This document shows, piece by piece, positions 23,201 to 37,307 of a stretch of 64,000 nt of DNA (the stretch's first letter is position 1; each line of letters starts with the position of its first letter). The notes under the pieces were generated by a model, which worked only from the letters and a program-made list of their open reading frames with translations, ran no database searches and was not told the DNA's origin. Source of the stretch: Bugula neritina (lineage: Eukaryota; Animalia; Bryozoa); NCBI GenBank assembly GCA_964035545.1, contig OZ037768.1:20133700-20197699 (forward strand), read 5' to 3'. The translations under genes were made by a program, and so were the position numbers.

Positions 23201-26200
23201 CTGAGCGGCTACCAACACTGAAAGCTAAAATCTAATTAGATTCCACCAAGTTTCCTGCTGGTAAATATACAAACGTTACAGTTGAAGGTATCTAGGTGGC
23301 TAGTAATTATACAATTATTACATAGACTCCAATTTCTCCTATTTGATTGGTTCTACACTTCGCAGCCACAAGACTTATTTCTGGAATAAATTAAGCAGCC
23401 TGTCATCATTTATATTTTCGCTTGGCAGCAGAACATCTGCAGGTTTCACCCAATATTATTTGACTCAGTTCTATAATATAGAATATGACTTCCGTTTACT
23501 CACAAAGTTGAGGCTGGAAATGTCTGTAGATTGTTCCACATGAGCTCTAACCAGAGTAGTGATTAGAGGGAGTGGAGCGGCCACTGGCTTATCATTTGGA
23601 CTCTTTGGCTTTGAAGGTAGCCTTCCTCTCCGACCTTTCAAACTATCTGACCTCACGACTGCAAATAAATGTGACAAACTCAGACACTGTTATTCCCTTA
23701 TTAGAATTTTTTCTATAAGCAGCTTTGATTTTGGGGTGACTAAGTGCAATTGTTTGGGGTTCTCCCGAGTTTAGAGTTGGTGGTTAAGTTGGAACTTTGA
23801 ACCCTTAACTCTAAACTTGAGACTCCAAACTACTACACTCAGTCATCCTCAACTTAAGGCTGCTTATAGATAATTTTGACTTATTCTGCTATTCTCATGC
23901 TTTCAGTCTATTCTCAGTTGAGCAGCTTGTATTTTAATAGCAACAAATGCAGCCTGTCTACATTGAATCTTTCTTTTGCAAATCACACTTGAGAAATGGT
24001 GCTGTAGCATTTTAAAAGTATGTCTCTATTCTCATCATGCAGACAACATAAAACAGCGTTTACCTTCTTTTACCATCCCGACAGCAAGGCACTTCTGGAA
24101 TCTGCAAAACTGGCAGCGATTTCTCCTCCTTTTATCAACAGGACACTTTTTCTCTGCCAGACAGACATACTTTGCTTTCTTCTGAACAGTTCTCTGCAAA
24201 CCATCAAAGAGAATAATATTTTTTAAGATAGTAACACAAAAGCAAAAGATTATGTAGCACTTTTTCTATTCCATTTTGCAAAAACTGCAGGTATCTAGCT
24301 TTCATTACTTTTTAAATACCTATCTTTTAAATGAATTTATTCATACAACTTACCTTAAAAAAGCCTTTGCAGCCCTCACATGTGCGGACACCATAGTGTT
24401 GGCAAGCAGCATTGTCCCCACACACGGCACAGAGTAAGGCAGAGTTGTCTCCACCTCGTTGTAAGACTGGCCCGTTGGGAGACTGCACAAACATGTTCAT
24501 ATACTTCTGGCACTCCGGACTACAAGTATAACATTATTAATTCAAGTTACAATTTTTCTGAATTTGTTGAAGAAATAAATAAGCATGCAAGCCTAAAGAT
24601 GATTTATGTAGCTACAGCTTTTATCCAAACTAAATATTTGAGCTACTTTAATATATTTTTTTTTGTAGTTTTGCTTCATTCAAGTATTATTATGATTAAT
24701 ATAAACAGCAATTAGTATGATTGTAATTGATGTTGTTATATGCAGCCGTACAACTAAGAAATTCAATAAAAGCTGATGGTAGTCGGTTTTTGTTTATGAT
24801 AATATAATAACCAAAGTTTTCAATAAATTATTAACTGGGGCAATATATTCAATATAGTATCAAAGAAAATCATTATCATTGGTTATGCCATTTTATTTCT
24901 TCTAATCAAATATCTCATAATTATGGCTGACTTTAGGTGCATCTCGTCAGTTCCATCAATTACCCTGTGTTTGTGGCTGTTAAGACAGGTTTATGTAGGA
25001 GTTAGTGCTGCCGGCCTGTGTATTCAAAGAGATACACTAATGTATACAATGAGGCAGCTTTAAGCACAGCCACCCTCCCTCTACCTGGCACCTACTGTCA
25101 AATGCCTTAATTTAATTTACTTTGGCTTCATTATACTGAGAATCGAAATTGTTGCTCATAATGAACAGTGGTGCATTTTACTGTTGTGTACCAAACTGAT
25201 GGCAAACTTGCTTCAAGTTCTTGCATCTTACTCAACATTAAATAATCCATGATCAACATAATAAACTTAGAAGTTTTGTGATGTTAAGAACTGGTAACAT
25301 AATTATGTTTCAGAGAAATATGTGTTCAAAAGCTTGCTTTGTACACAAATTAATATCTTCTAAATCCTAGCAAGTGTTCATTTTGTCACTGAAATACTCT
25401 AAACAGTTGTCTGCAATATGTTAGACCTGCTGCTTGCTGTCATGTAACGTGATACTGATGACACACGCCCTGCAACAGCAGCACCACTAAAATGTTTACT
25501 ATATGCACAAAGCATACTGAAGCGTGCACTCAGCTGGCTACTCATAATATTTATATAAAATGTGTGCAGCGTCCATTAAAACTAGGATTTATTTTGTTGT
25601 TAAATCTAAAGTTGTCTCCATATTTATGGCAATGAGAGAAAGACAGAAGTTGGAGTAATTGTGTTTAGACCAGAGTTCCAACTGCTTTAGTACAGAGACA
25701 CACTTTACCTGTCATATAAGTAACATAAGCCTGCAGTTGGTTATAAACCACAGTATTATTTATATACACAGTTTACATGGTGACTGGTGGGGAAACTCAT
25801 CCCTTTGATCTCTAAGTGTGCCTCACAACCCAAAGCATCAGATACCAGAGTGATTAGCAAAATATACCGTTTTATCACCTCCAATAACTCATTGTACAGC
25901 ACTACTAATTAGCTACTGTGTACCCGAGTATCTAATCACCTTTTATCTACTGCCAATAAAACTTCTTCCAATACTTTATATTTTGAAAGCTAGCGAATTT
26001 AAAGTAAATATTAGGATCATAAAACCAGCTCTCTAAATTTATGTTACTTCACAAACAAAAAAAGGAATGCTATCTCAGATTTTGAATGTTGTACCATACA
26101 GCATTTCTGGTTTACCTGGAAGGTAGTGGAGATCTATCAAACTGGTGGTGTGGCGAGGGACGTCCGGAGGAGCCCGCACTGTGATAACCTTCAGTGCTAT

Positions 26201-29200
26201 TTTCATAGCCATTCATATATTCTTCTCCTATGAAAAAAACATATTATTTGTTTAGATTCTTTCTTTTTCTAAAAGAAGTAAATATCAAAATTAAAAGTAC
26301 AAACTGTGTAGGTAAACTCTAAGCACCCAGCCTGAACTTGTGGCATATAGCCATTTATTTCAGTCTCTAACTACCAAGGAACTAATATTCAATGTTGGTT
26401 ATTATGCCTTTAGAGGGGGACAATAAACCTTGTTTTGATGGTGTTAGTTTTATGTCAGTATTCACTCCTTTACCTTTTCTGCATGAACTTGGTTTGCATA
26501 CATGATAGTGGCAATAGCCTATGCAAGCGTGTAGCTGATTCATGCATCAACTACATTTCTAGAGATATTATGGCAGCATATTATGGGCAAAAAGATGCTC
26601 ACATAATTTGTGTTTTATGTCTGAATCATCTAGTCTGAGGAGATGGCCGAGCACATTAACCCGGTAGCTACCAGGGCCTTTACTGCATCAATTATATAGT
26701 AAATAGTAAATAAACATGTCTAATAAAGCAGATTCACTGTTAACAATAATATTTACCGACATGGTTAAACAGACATTCAATGTGTAATGAATTTTATTTT
26801 AGATAATTTAAAAAGAAACTGAGATACAGTACCATCACCATGGTGACGTCCTTGGTTATAGTACAGCTCTTGGTTGGCTACGGTATGGTGCTGATAATAT
26901 TGTTGGGCTGCAATTTGTTGCTCTGGAGTGTAATATATGTTTTCTGGTGGGTCTGTGTAATAATTTCCTGGTACGGGCGCGTGGTAAGCCGCAACATATT
27001 CATTTGTTGGATACATGGGATATGAGGCTACATCAGTGTTGGTGTACGGATAGCCATCCTGTCAATAAATAGTTTAAGGTGATAAATAACATTTTTAAAT
27101 TTACAATTTTCTTTTGTATTTAAAAAAGTGTTCAAAATATTTGGCATATATGGGCCTGTCATTCAACAACTGCTTCAAATTTATCAGAAATTATAGTTAA
27201 ATTAGTTTTATCCAAAAAGTAAAAGGTAGCAGATTTCATCTTATGTTAGAGGAATATCCTTCTAGACAATTATATTTAAGGAAGGGTATTAGCACCTCCG
27301 CATACCATACAATGAAACACTACTGTAGTTACTTTATCATGGTTTTAGCATCTCATAGAAATTTAAGATTAATTATGAAATTTATATTCCTTTATATTAT
27401 GTTAATCCAGTATTTAATATTTGCCAGAATGATTTTTACTGACAGTTAAATTATTCAAAAATTTGTTAAGAAATATTGAAAGACTTAGTTCAGTAATAAA
27501 TAGTGTATAAAATAGACAACAACTAATAGCAAATTTAGAACAGGTATTTGTTAAAGATTATATAGTATTATATATAGCAAGGGTGAACTGTACAAATTAG
27601 CTTCGTGTAGAAAAAGATGGTTTGAACAGAAGATAAGGGAAGCAGAATTATTTTTATCACAGATAAGGGAACATAAAAGCCGAGTTATAACCTCATCTAA
27701 TGTGACCAACATCCAGTAACAGCAAGCTTCAGGTAAAATAAGAGTAGAACAAACTTGTTATATAGCAAGGCCTTTTAAATTATTTTTAAATTATATTTAT
27801 TTACCCAAACCTTTAACAAAAACTTTAATTGTTAAACTGAAGATTTAATTGTGCTGAATAGCCATCCAAAAAAAACTTTTTATATTTTGGATAAGTTTGT
27901 TTGTTGGGTTTTATAAAAAAATTCTACTGGAGTGACTGAGCTGGTATATTGGCAGATCTTTTCACAGTTTTACTCAGCCCGCAGACGTATTAGACAAATA
28001 GTTTATAATAATTAGCAAATGATTAGAAATATGAAGCTAGGAAGGGGGTATATGGGTAAGTGTGCATTACAGTTAAAATGTGAGGAGATTACACACGATA
28101 AACCACATTTACATGGTTGTACAATGTTTTACCTGCGCTCAATTTATCAGACTCTATATGCCAAGATGGTAAACTAAATAATACAAGTCAAACTTCTAGT
28201 CAAAGTAAACTTGATAAAGTAATCCCTCAAATTTCATGCATAAAAGATAGGAATTGACTATAATATGTTACAAGAATGTTATTTATGTATGGCTGTTATG
28301 ATCAGAAATAATGATTGAATTATGTTGATAACAAGTTCTTTAATTAGATATATTATAAAAAGGTTACAAATTAGATATTCTCTGAGAACCTTCGTAAGAA
28401 TTTTGCTTCAATACAGAAAAGTATCCAATCATCTTTTAGAAACAAATTTATCTCCTACATACACATGCATTATCAAAAAATTTATTATAAACCTTTCTGG
28501 GCTACAGAAATGATGAAATTGTTGATATATTTTCAAAAATAGACGTTGGTGTTGGCTATGCAACTAGAAAAAGTAAAAGATTTGAGAAGAAAACTTTTAA
28601 ACAAAATACTAAAAACCTTAAATTCTAAATAAAGTGTAAATCAAACCTGTACTTTTCTGGCAGCAAGGAGGTAGTCAGCCTCGGCAGCATTCCCAGAAGC
28701 ATGCATTTGATTGTAGACTCTCATCTCCCACTCTCTATACTGAAATGAAGTAGCATCAAGAGATTCTGGGCTATTGAAGCAGTTATCTCCCCCTACAGGA
28801 TACACACTGCTGGGGTAGGACCCTCGGCTAAACTGATCATTCTCCACAATCATAGCCTGAAAAGAAAACAGCAGGTAAAACAATTACTTTATGGGGGTTA
28901 ATGATGAGGCAAGGATGTTAGGTAAATAAATTGTTGTTATGACCACTTGAAGGTTATGATGTTGATTTACGTATTTACTGCTCATAGCGATTGTGAAACA
29001 AACAAATTACAGCAAATAGGAAGTGAAAAGAAGTTTTCATAGCTGTTTAGATTAGTAAACACAGATTAGATACTGTTTCTTCTTACCCATTAATGAATCG
29101 GTACATAAGCTGTAATAAAACTACCTGCAGCTATTAAGTGGCCATTCCATTGTAACCTTGTGTTCTCAAATAGTTAGAGCAATTACCCCTATACTCACAA

Positions 29201-30300
29201 AACTTTCTGCATGCCTCTTAAATTAATTGCTACTGTAATTATGATATGAAGTCAGGTTTTTGCTAATTCTGTCTTACATTGGAGTTGCAAGTTAATTCTG
29301 CAAAAAGTATTTTCAGCAAACTAAAATGAATTTTATATTGTAAGCTATGTAAAAAATAGGTGAAAGGTTAGCAAAAATAAAAGCAAAGTAAAATTGACAC
29401 AAAATAAATTATTTACTTTCTATACACTAGCTAAAGAATATGATCAAAGTTTTGGTAACTTGTTTGGCAACAAACAATTATTAATAATTGCAATTTGTAA
29501 TCTATATATAATCAGTTAACATATTAAAGTATGAGTATTACGTATACATATTTGTAATAATCAAGAACTTCAACTGCCCTGTAACATCTGGGCATATGGG
29601 GTTCAGGAAACAACAAGGATTTAATGGGCATGTAGAGAAATAATTTGGGGCTATAATATTATCCCATTAGCAGTCTGTACAGTCCATTAGCACCAAAACT
29701 GCTTTTTACATTACTTTGTTTATACATGAAAGCTTGTGAGCCAATGCAGGTAAAAGAAGAGGTAGAAATTGTGTGCCACTCTAATGCAGTGTCAGTTAAG
29801 CTAGTCTGTCAGAATACAACACACAAAACTTCTAGAGAAAGTTGCATAATGAAATTTGTATGCAGGTGGCTCAACCAGAACTAAATCTACTTTTCAAATT
29901 GTAGAAGAATTCATAAGTCTGAAACTAAATTGTTAAAAATAATATTTTATCTTTAAATTAACAAAAAGTATTTTTACAAAAGATATTTTGCAGCAGCCTA
30001 AAACCAGCTATAAAAGTTGAGTTGAAAGTTTCTTTCAATTAAAGTTGCATATTTCATTTTCATCAGACTTTACTCTAGCCATTCATTATGAGATTGAATG
30101 CCCTACATCAACCATACTACTAGGTTTTAATCAAATAAGGTAGTAATATCTATTGTAACTATTTCAAATTAACAAATTTAAAATTAACATTGACAAAAAT
30201 AATGATACAGCAGGTAAAACACTCTGAGCTCAACACACAGTAACATGTAACTTACAGATGCTGTTGCTGGAGGCACTGAGGTAGGGACAGGAACAATCAT
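20213..30300 (-). CDS. NR4A: Nuclear receptor subfamily 4A (HR38/Nur77/Nurr1-like), about 564 aa, 10 coding exons
   Basis: Exons 30300-30256 (tentative), 28856-28647, 27058-26833, 26227-26116, 24519-24354, 24193-24064, 23658-23504, 22402-22215, 21827-21649, 20496-20213 sum to 1695 nt in phase. [34 protein letters not shown]...[30 protein letters not shown] and A-box [11 protein letters not shown] are diagnostic of NR4A; [20 protein letters not shown] in the LBD. Confidence 0.93.
21828..21972. repeat. Degenerate about 30-bp tandem repeat abutting an NR4A splice acceptor
   Basis: Four to five ctATAATAAAAtat..atacatct-like units starting at the acceptor AG (21828-21829). Confidence 0.6.
23702..23879. 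mobile_element. MITE / foldback element, copy 2 (NR4A intron)
   Basis: TCTATAAGCAGC...GGGTGACT..GTG / CACTCAGTCA.CCTCAACT..GCTGCTTATAGA arms and internal CTCTAAACTTGAGA shared with 19433-19579. Confidence 0.8.
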
Positions 30301-30470
30301 AGCATCAGCCGTAACCACTCTGACGATGTACTTCCTTGGTCTTCTAACTCACGGTTTCAACTGTTCACTAAAACTTCTGCCAACTGTAATTACAGCCAAC
30401 CGTAAAAAAGTGCCATTGAGCTGCAGTATTATCTGCTAAAGTAATTATAGGTGCTCTGTGATTGGCTGGA
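30301..30470 (-). promoter_or_regulatory. Putative proximal NR4A promoter / 5' UTR
   Basis: Minus-strand GCCAATC (about 30466-30460) and TATAAT (about 30449-30444) upstream of ATG 30300, whose exon ends in a GTAAG donor. Confidence 0.35.
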
Positions 30471-33369
30471 GCGGAATTACTGTTATTTGTGTATATCTCA
30501 AAAGGAGGCTAAAGTAAACATACACTATTAATTGCATTTTGTATGAGCTGCAGCACACCACACATGCATAATCTTAAGGAAATTTTTACTCCTGTCTTTG
30601 CATTCTTAATTTGTAAATTCAAGAATTAAATTTATGGTGCTGTAAATTAACTTCAAATGCATTACTGCACTCTTTACTAAAGTAATTTTCATGATAACTT
30701 GACTTTGATGAATAAATAGACTTCATGGATGAATAGTTATAAAGTAAACAAAAAAGGCACGTGTCTTAATTCATTCAGTGCTGTTTTAATCGGCCCAACA
30801 GACACCCCTCATAATTGGAGTAATTAAAAACCCCAGCATCTTCAATGAAGCCATCATTGGCAGTAGTACAATGATTCTAGAAACTCTTTGCCAAAGACAG
30901 CCTTTAAACTAGATTCAAAACTCATTAAATTTTACAGTAAATAGTAAACAACGTGCTGTATGCTCATCAGCTTGGCTTTATTTCTTTTGATTTGCTGACT
31001 TTATGTCATACAGCACTTTGATTTTGAGCATCAAAATATAAAGAAATTTATAACCATCTACAGCAGCTAAAGTTCAAAGAAAAATTGATTGCCGCACAAA
31101 TAAATTAATAATTGATTTTCAAACACTTTGAGTGTTAGAATCACCATAAAAAATAACTTTATAGGATATAGATTCTTTTCGAAGAATTTAAGATTTGTGT
31201 TTGTATAAATAAGTTCATTCCTCGTGACTAGAAACCAAGTCTATAAAACCTATAAAGTTACCATATAAATAATAAATAATGAATCTACTGAGTTAAATAT
31301 ACATTTAAAAAAACAACTTCTATAATTTAGAAAAATCTCAGGAATACATCTTTTACTATAAGACTCAGCAAATCCAATTGGCATTCCTTCATATAAAAAT
31401 ACGAATAGTATTATAGACATAGGTATTATGTAAAGCCGGCCTTACAATAAATTACTAATTAGAGGAATGACTAAGAAAGCATAGAAGAGATGGATGCAGT
31501 GGAGAGAGGCTGTAAGATTAGATTATGAGTGTGAGCCTCACTGACTGCACTACAGGAAGAGATCGTGTCTTAATCATCAGAGATCAATGGTTTAGCTAAA
31601 TTAATAGACAAACTTCAGCCAGCATAGATTAATAGTAATTAACGTACTCTGCCTACAACCTTCACGACTATTTTTGTCTCCTGCTGTTCTATATATGCTT
31701 TCAATTTTTCTAGCAAATGGAATTAGATAATAGAAACTGAGAGGGATAGGCTTAATGCAATTATCAACCCGATGAAGTTGAATGGAGAAAAAAATCAGTA
31801 AAAGACGTCAAATAAATGTAGTGTAATATAAAAATATCTTTTTGTGTTTGCTGAATATTATTTTCTTTATTATAGTAACATCTTTTCGCTACATAATTTT
31901 ACTGGGCGTTTTTCAAATTAGCTTCTACTTTTAGACAGCTACACATAAAAACTGAAGCTTTAAGCAAGGTATGTCAAAAATAATATTATTTACAAATGTT
32001 AGAATAAGTAAAATATTTCAGCATAAACAGCACAAAGAAGATTTGACATACAGTAGCACATGCTCTTATAATCAGCAGGTCTACAGTTGCTATGGCGCGT
32101 GTGGCGTAACAGTTGTTGTCTAAATATCTCATTCCATCAGCGCTTCAAAAAGTAGACCATTTAAGGTGGTGTTGAATTTAGTGTACCTGTTTGACATAGC
32201 AACTTGTATGAACCTGGTTGATGAATTAATGTTGACAGCTCGTTGTTCATTATATTATTCTATCACTAGAATCATTATCTATTTGTCACCTTTAACATAA
32301 ACTAAGAACCCTTTATACAACTGAATACAGCCAACTACAGCATCGTTTAGCAATTACAACAAATACTACAAGTTGACTTTCAGCATATTTACAAGTTTTA
32401 GCCCTCTACACTCGAATATTTATGTGCATATATTAGTGGTAAATATGCCTGCATGCTGATGTATTTTGCTAAAAAAAACTATATCCAGTGTATAAGCAAA
32501 CTGTGGGTAAATACCATTTAAAATCAAGCAAAATGCAGTATAACCAAGAAGCTGTAGGCAACTAAATTTATGACGGAAATTTTGCATTTGAAAAGCTCGT
32601 AAAATCAGAAGCACATGGTATTTCCATAAAGCAATGTGCGCTAGTTTATGAAACCTTGCCACATATGCAGAGTGCAATACCGGAAATAAATACATGATCT
32701 GGTGTATTTCCACCTATTGAAAAGTATTTTGTGATATTTTTTATAAAGTTCAACTATATGCGTAACAATAAGAATCAATTGTTAACAGTTAAAATTCAGG
32801 TGATTATTCAAAATAATATAATTAGTAATCTATATATTAAACTTATTGTATACTTCCTTTTCATAACATATATCTGTGGAATCTGTGAATTTTTGATATG
32901 GAGAATATCATTTGTATAAACATTGGAGCTTCTTTAAATCAAAACTCACACAAATTGGTTGCTTGAGTATGGACCATTATTTATAAGCTGCCATAAGCCT
33001 GATGCATACAGTATATGCTGCCTGTAATATTTATGTGAGGATCCCGTTGGGTAATCCACATTGTTTATAAAGCTTTTTAGTCTCTGCCATTGTTGTTTAT
33101 ATACATCTAAAAATCTGGAATTATTAAAGAAAGGCCTACTCCTTCGTTATTACACAAAGAGGCAGATGAAGGATAAATAAAAAAGCCACCGGTAGAAGCA
33201 GACGATGGTCAGCATACCTGTACAGCTGACTTGGATCTTTTAATACTAAACAAACTCTACACCTACACACCATTGTTTTTGTCTGGCAAACCACCGTGAA
33301 TATGTAAATGTGGAGATCTTCAAGCTTTACTGTTAAAGTGTAGCAAACCCGTGTTATTGTTTTGTAAAA

Positions 33370-33540
33370 ATCCCAAAATGTGACGCAACGCAGACAGATA
33401 AAGTCCGAGAAGAGTCCTTGACTTAGCTCTTCACCGAAAACACACGTCATGTACATCGTAAAGAGCATACCTAAATATTTTGAAACTTACCTTTCAAATT
33501 CCTCAAGTTTGACTCACTGCTCACACTTTTATACACGCAA
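33370..33540 (-). promoter_or_regulatory. Putative distal NR4A promoter with short non-coding first exon
   Basis: Minus-strand TATAAAA (33533-33527), TGAGTCA (33516-33510), strong donor AAG|GTAAGT at 33491, CRE-like ATGACGTG (33450-33443) and TGACGCAA (33381-33388). Confidence 0.45.
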
Positions 33541-34082
33541 AGACAAAATGTATAGCAGAGACTGCAACAACACAAGCCCTCTTTTGAAAACTTATCAACT
33601 TTGATAGTGATAACAAATACATACATACATGTGTATCAAAGCGAAATAAGGCAACATCTGAACAGCACAATTCTAGGCAGCCTAGTTGAAAGAGCCCCTT
33701 ATTGACACATACTCCTACATATCAGATGTTTAATTTAGAGATAAGCTACTTTATACTTGAGATTTCAACCGTATCGGCATTGGCAACGTCAGAATTAGGT
33801 GCAACTAAATTAAGAAATAATATTAATTATTTTTCTACTGCCTACAAAACAAATAATTTTTGCACCCACTTGTAAAGAAATTTCAATTATGCAATTCAAA
33901 TGCTAGAGTTATAAATTTGTTTTATATAAAGTTATTGTGATATGTGTCGTTGACTACCAAATAGATCTCAATAGTTTTCAACTCTCTGCACTTAGGATAA
34001 AATATGACCGTCTATGCAGTAATATGTAGCATTGTAATATAATGCAATAATATTATACAACTTACAATAGCAATTGTAATAC

Positions 34083-34088
<6 letters not shown>

Positions 34089-34124
<36 letters not shown>
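34089..34124. repeat. (TA)n microsatellite
   Basis: About 18 TA units. Confidence 0.97.
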
Positions 34125-34125
<1 letters not shown>

Positions 34126-37100
34126 CAATATAGAGATGACAGTATTCATTTCATTTTTCTATTCAACCATGAAACATATTTCTCTCAGAATAATTATTAT
34201 GTTGTATAATGTGCTTCCTTCAGCCATAGTCGGTCATTTCAAAGTCAGTAAACATATACAGTGTACTTAGGATGAGTTCTAGTTCACAGGAAACTTACAA
34301 AATACAACACAACAGTATGACCAAACCTGCAGGCTGGACACGACTACTTTAGGACAGTTTTTAGGTATAATTCAGTTTCCCTATAAACAAAGTTACCTGA
34401 AAAAAAGTTTGTGCCTACCAGAATAATATAATAAACAACATTATATGTATTGTATTTGCATATCCAATTGCATGTACTTAGGAACTATTATTAAATATAA
34501 TAGAATCCGTACATATAAATACTATACTGATATGCATTGGAATAAAAATCATATATCTTTAATAGCGTATATTAACTGTTTGAAATGCATATAGTTGAGA
34601 AGTATACACAGCAATTAATAAATCTATCTCTTGGGGGATGGCATTTGCAAAGTTGACATGAGCGACAAATTGTAGAGCAACCAGGGAGAAAGTTAAATGT
34701 CACATGCAGATGAAACAGAGTTCTTCTGAATAATTATAGCTTACTGCTGCGATTAGGAGTGCTACTCGAGCTTCCAGCCCTAATATTCATTGTGAGTAGT
34801 TGGCCCCAGCAGCGAAGTTAATCAGAGGATGTAAGTCAAGGCAGCAGTAATTTGTGATAGCTGTTGACAATGCAGAGTTCATTATTTCATTTGATGACAA
34901 TATTAAGACCCAACTTTGTTGTTTTTAGTAAATGAGAGCTTTTCTTAGAGCCATATTATAGTAATATAACCATCACATAGTTCTAACTTGACCACTGTTC
35001 TGCACTACCATCCTTGGAAATACATACATACATTGTAACTATGAAGTTTCGGCTTTTATGGTATAACCAATTAATTTAGATAAACTGAATGAAAATTTTA
35101 ATAAAGTTTTCCTTGTGCTACATTATATGACATATAAGTGTGTTAACATTATATAATATTATAACATTATATAATACTATATAAATTGGCTATTATTTTA
35201 TCTGAAACTTGAAACTACGTATAAGAAAAAATACCATAAGACCATTAAGTGTATATAAATTATATTTTTGTTATACGTTGCTTAATCAAAACCTAAAAAG
35301 AAAAGCTTTATCTAAGCTAGGTGTATGCACAGCTATACCCTGTTCATTCAAAGGCTTAAAATAAAAAGCAATTGGAAAAATGAAATGGTTGAATTTTATA
35401 AATAGAAACTATACCTAACCAGTTAAAGTGAGAGGTTTTGAAGTAAAATAGGCATTTATCGTAGGCATTGTTTTGTATCTTGGTTTCAGCCCAGATAGCT
35501 GCTTCCCAGTTAGACACTTTCCAGATCCCAAACCCCACATAAAATACACATTTTGCACCAAAATAAATAAATAGCTCCATGTGGGAGGCCTAGCGTCTAA
35601 CTGGGAAGCATCTATCTGGAATGACACCATCAAGATAGCCAAATCAAAGGAAAAGAATATAGATTTTCATTAAAGAGTGCAAATAAAAAGAGTTATCTTA
35701 CATTGAAATTAAAAGTATTGCACAAGTACGTCAAGTTTATTACAACCTTTAGCAAAACTCAGCCTATATATTTTATAAGGAATAACGAAGCCTTGATGAT
35801 TGGTAGCCCAAAATCTATATCTTTTAGTGTTAAGTGGGGAAAATGCTAGTTTAATGTGATCCACCAGGTAAATAGCTAAACATTTGATACATCTGATCAC
35901 CAGATAAGAGATAGTTTGCAACAATATTGCCCGTTATTGATGAATCATTACCAACTAGTAGTATGTCAGTTATGTTCTTCTGCTGCTATATTGTTTATTT
36001 ACAATAATTACAAAAGAGCCTCTTTTTCATGATGATACTTCTTAAACTCAGCCATTATCTTCTATCAAATAACCGCAGCAGGCCCTTATTAACAAATTAA
36101 TGCCCGTTTATGTAAATACTGATTTTAATGTAATTTTCAATCTTCCATTTGATATTCAAATATACCATATCTACTTTGCATAAAAATATTATGTGTATCA
36201 AAAAATAAATTATATAGGGAAGCATGTAAGTGAGGTTTAAATAGTGACTAATTGCTTGTTTGTTTGAACATTGTTGCTTCTATAATGTCTATTATGTGGA
36301 ACATATTTCTACTGTTAACAACATTTCACACTGGTTAGAATCTGCAGGTTTCAGGCTTTCTAATGATAAAAAAGAAAAAAAGGTGGCAGAGGGCTTTCAA
36401 AGTTATGTTTTTACTCGATACACCTATTGGTTATAACCGTAATTCATTTTCATTGTCAGGTTTCTCTTGTATCTTATTACAATAGAAATAAAAAAGTTGA
36501 CTTCATTTAAGCTTTGGCAAAATAAGAATTCCCATGGCAAACACCTTGATGCGAAATTACGTAATATTTAATTAGTTTGCATAATAAGTTTAATTGGTCA
36601 CAACATAACAAGAAAGACAATACCTTAGTTGACAAGCTGAATGAAACGTGAGGTTGACATGTTAATGCACAGCTTCTATTGAGCTTCATTGTTCAAAGTG
36701 CATTGCTTGAAGCTATGTAAGTATTTTGTATCTTGAGAAGGGTCTAAATATGAAACTGTATCCACAAAATAAGATTGTTATTAAATTACTTCATCACTCT
36801 AATTCTAACTTTAGACTTTTTTCTATAAAAGGTGATTAGATAATGTTTATTTACCCATAATTTCATTTTTTGACAAGTGACATTGATTTCTAACACGTAT
36901 TTTCTCATGTTACGGGTGACTCAAGTGTGTTACATAACGTCTAACAAAAGGGGAAGAAGACACCGGATACATAAATATTTAATGGAAAAGTATATTTTAA
37001 CTTTGTTTAGTTTGTATCACTCTGACATCAAAACTGCCTCCAGGGAAGCCCAAATTTCTTTGCTTGTCTTGGCCATGTTTAGTGAAAATGTGATCCAACT

Positions 37101-37187
37101 CAAGCTTTATTGTGATAACTGGGGATTTAAGTGCTTGAGATTTTTTATTAGCATAAAACATGCATGTCAGATATCCCAGTAAACCTT

Positions 37188-37307
37188 AAAACTTCATCCG
37201 ATGCTCTTTCTGACATCACCAATGGTATCCTGCCTAGGTTTGAACCCATGACATGACCAGCATAGGTGAATCATATATTAGGCCAGTGTTTTAACCACTG
37301 GAGTCTA
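37188..37307 (-). mobile_element. tRNA-derived SINE fragment
   Basis: Minus strand: A-box-like TAGACTCCAGTGG, B-box GGTTCAAACC, then CCATTGGTGATGTCAGAAAGAGCATC, similar to the copy near 52250-52341. Confidence 0.6.
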
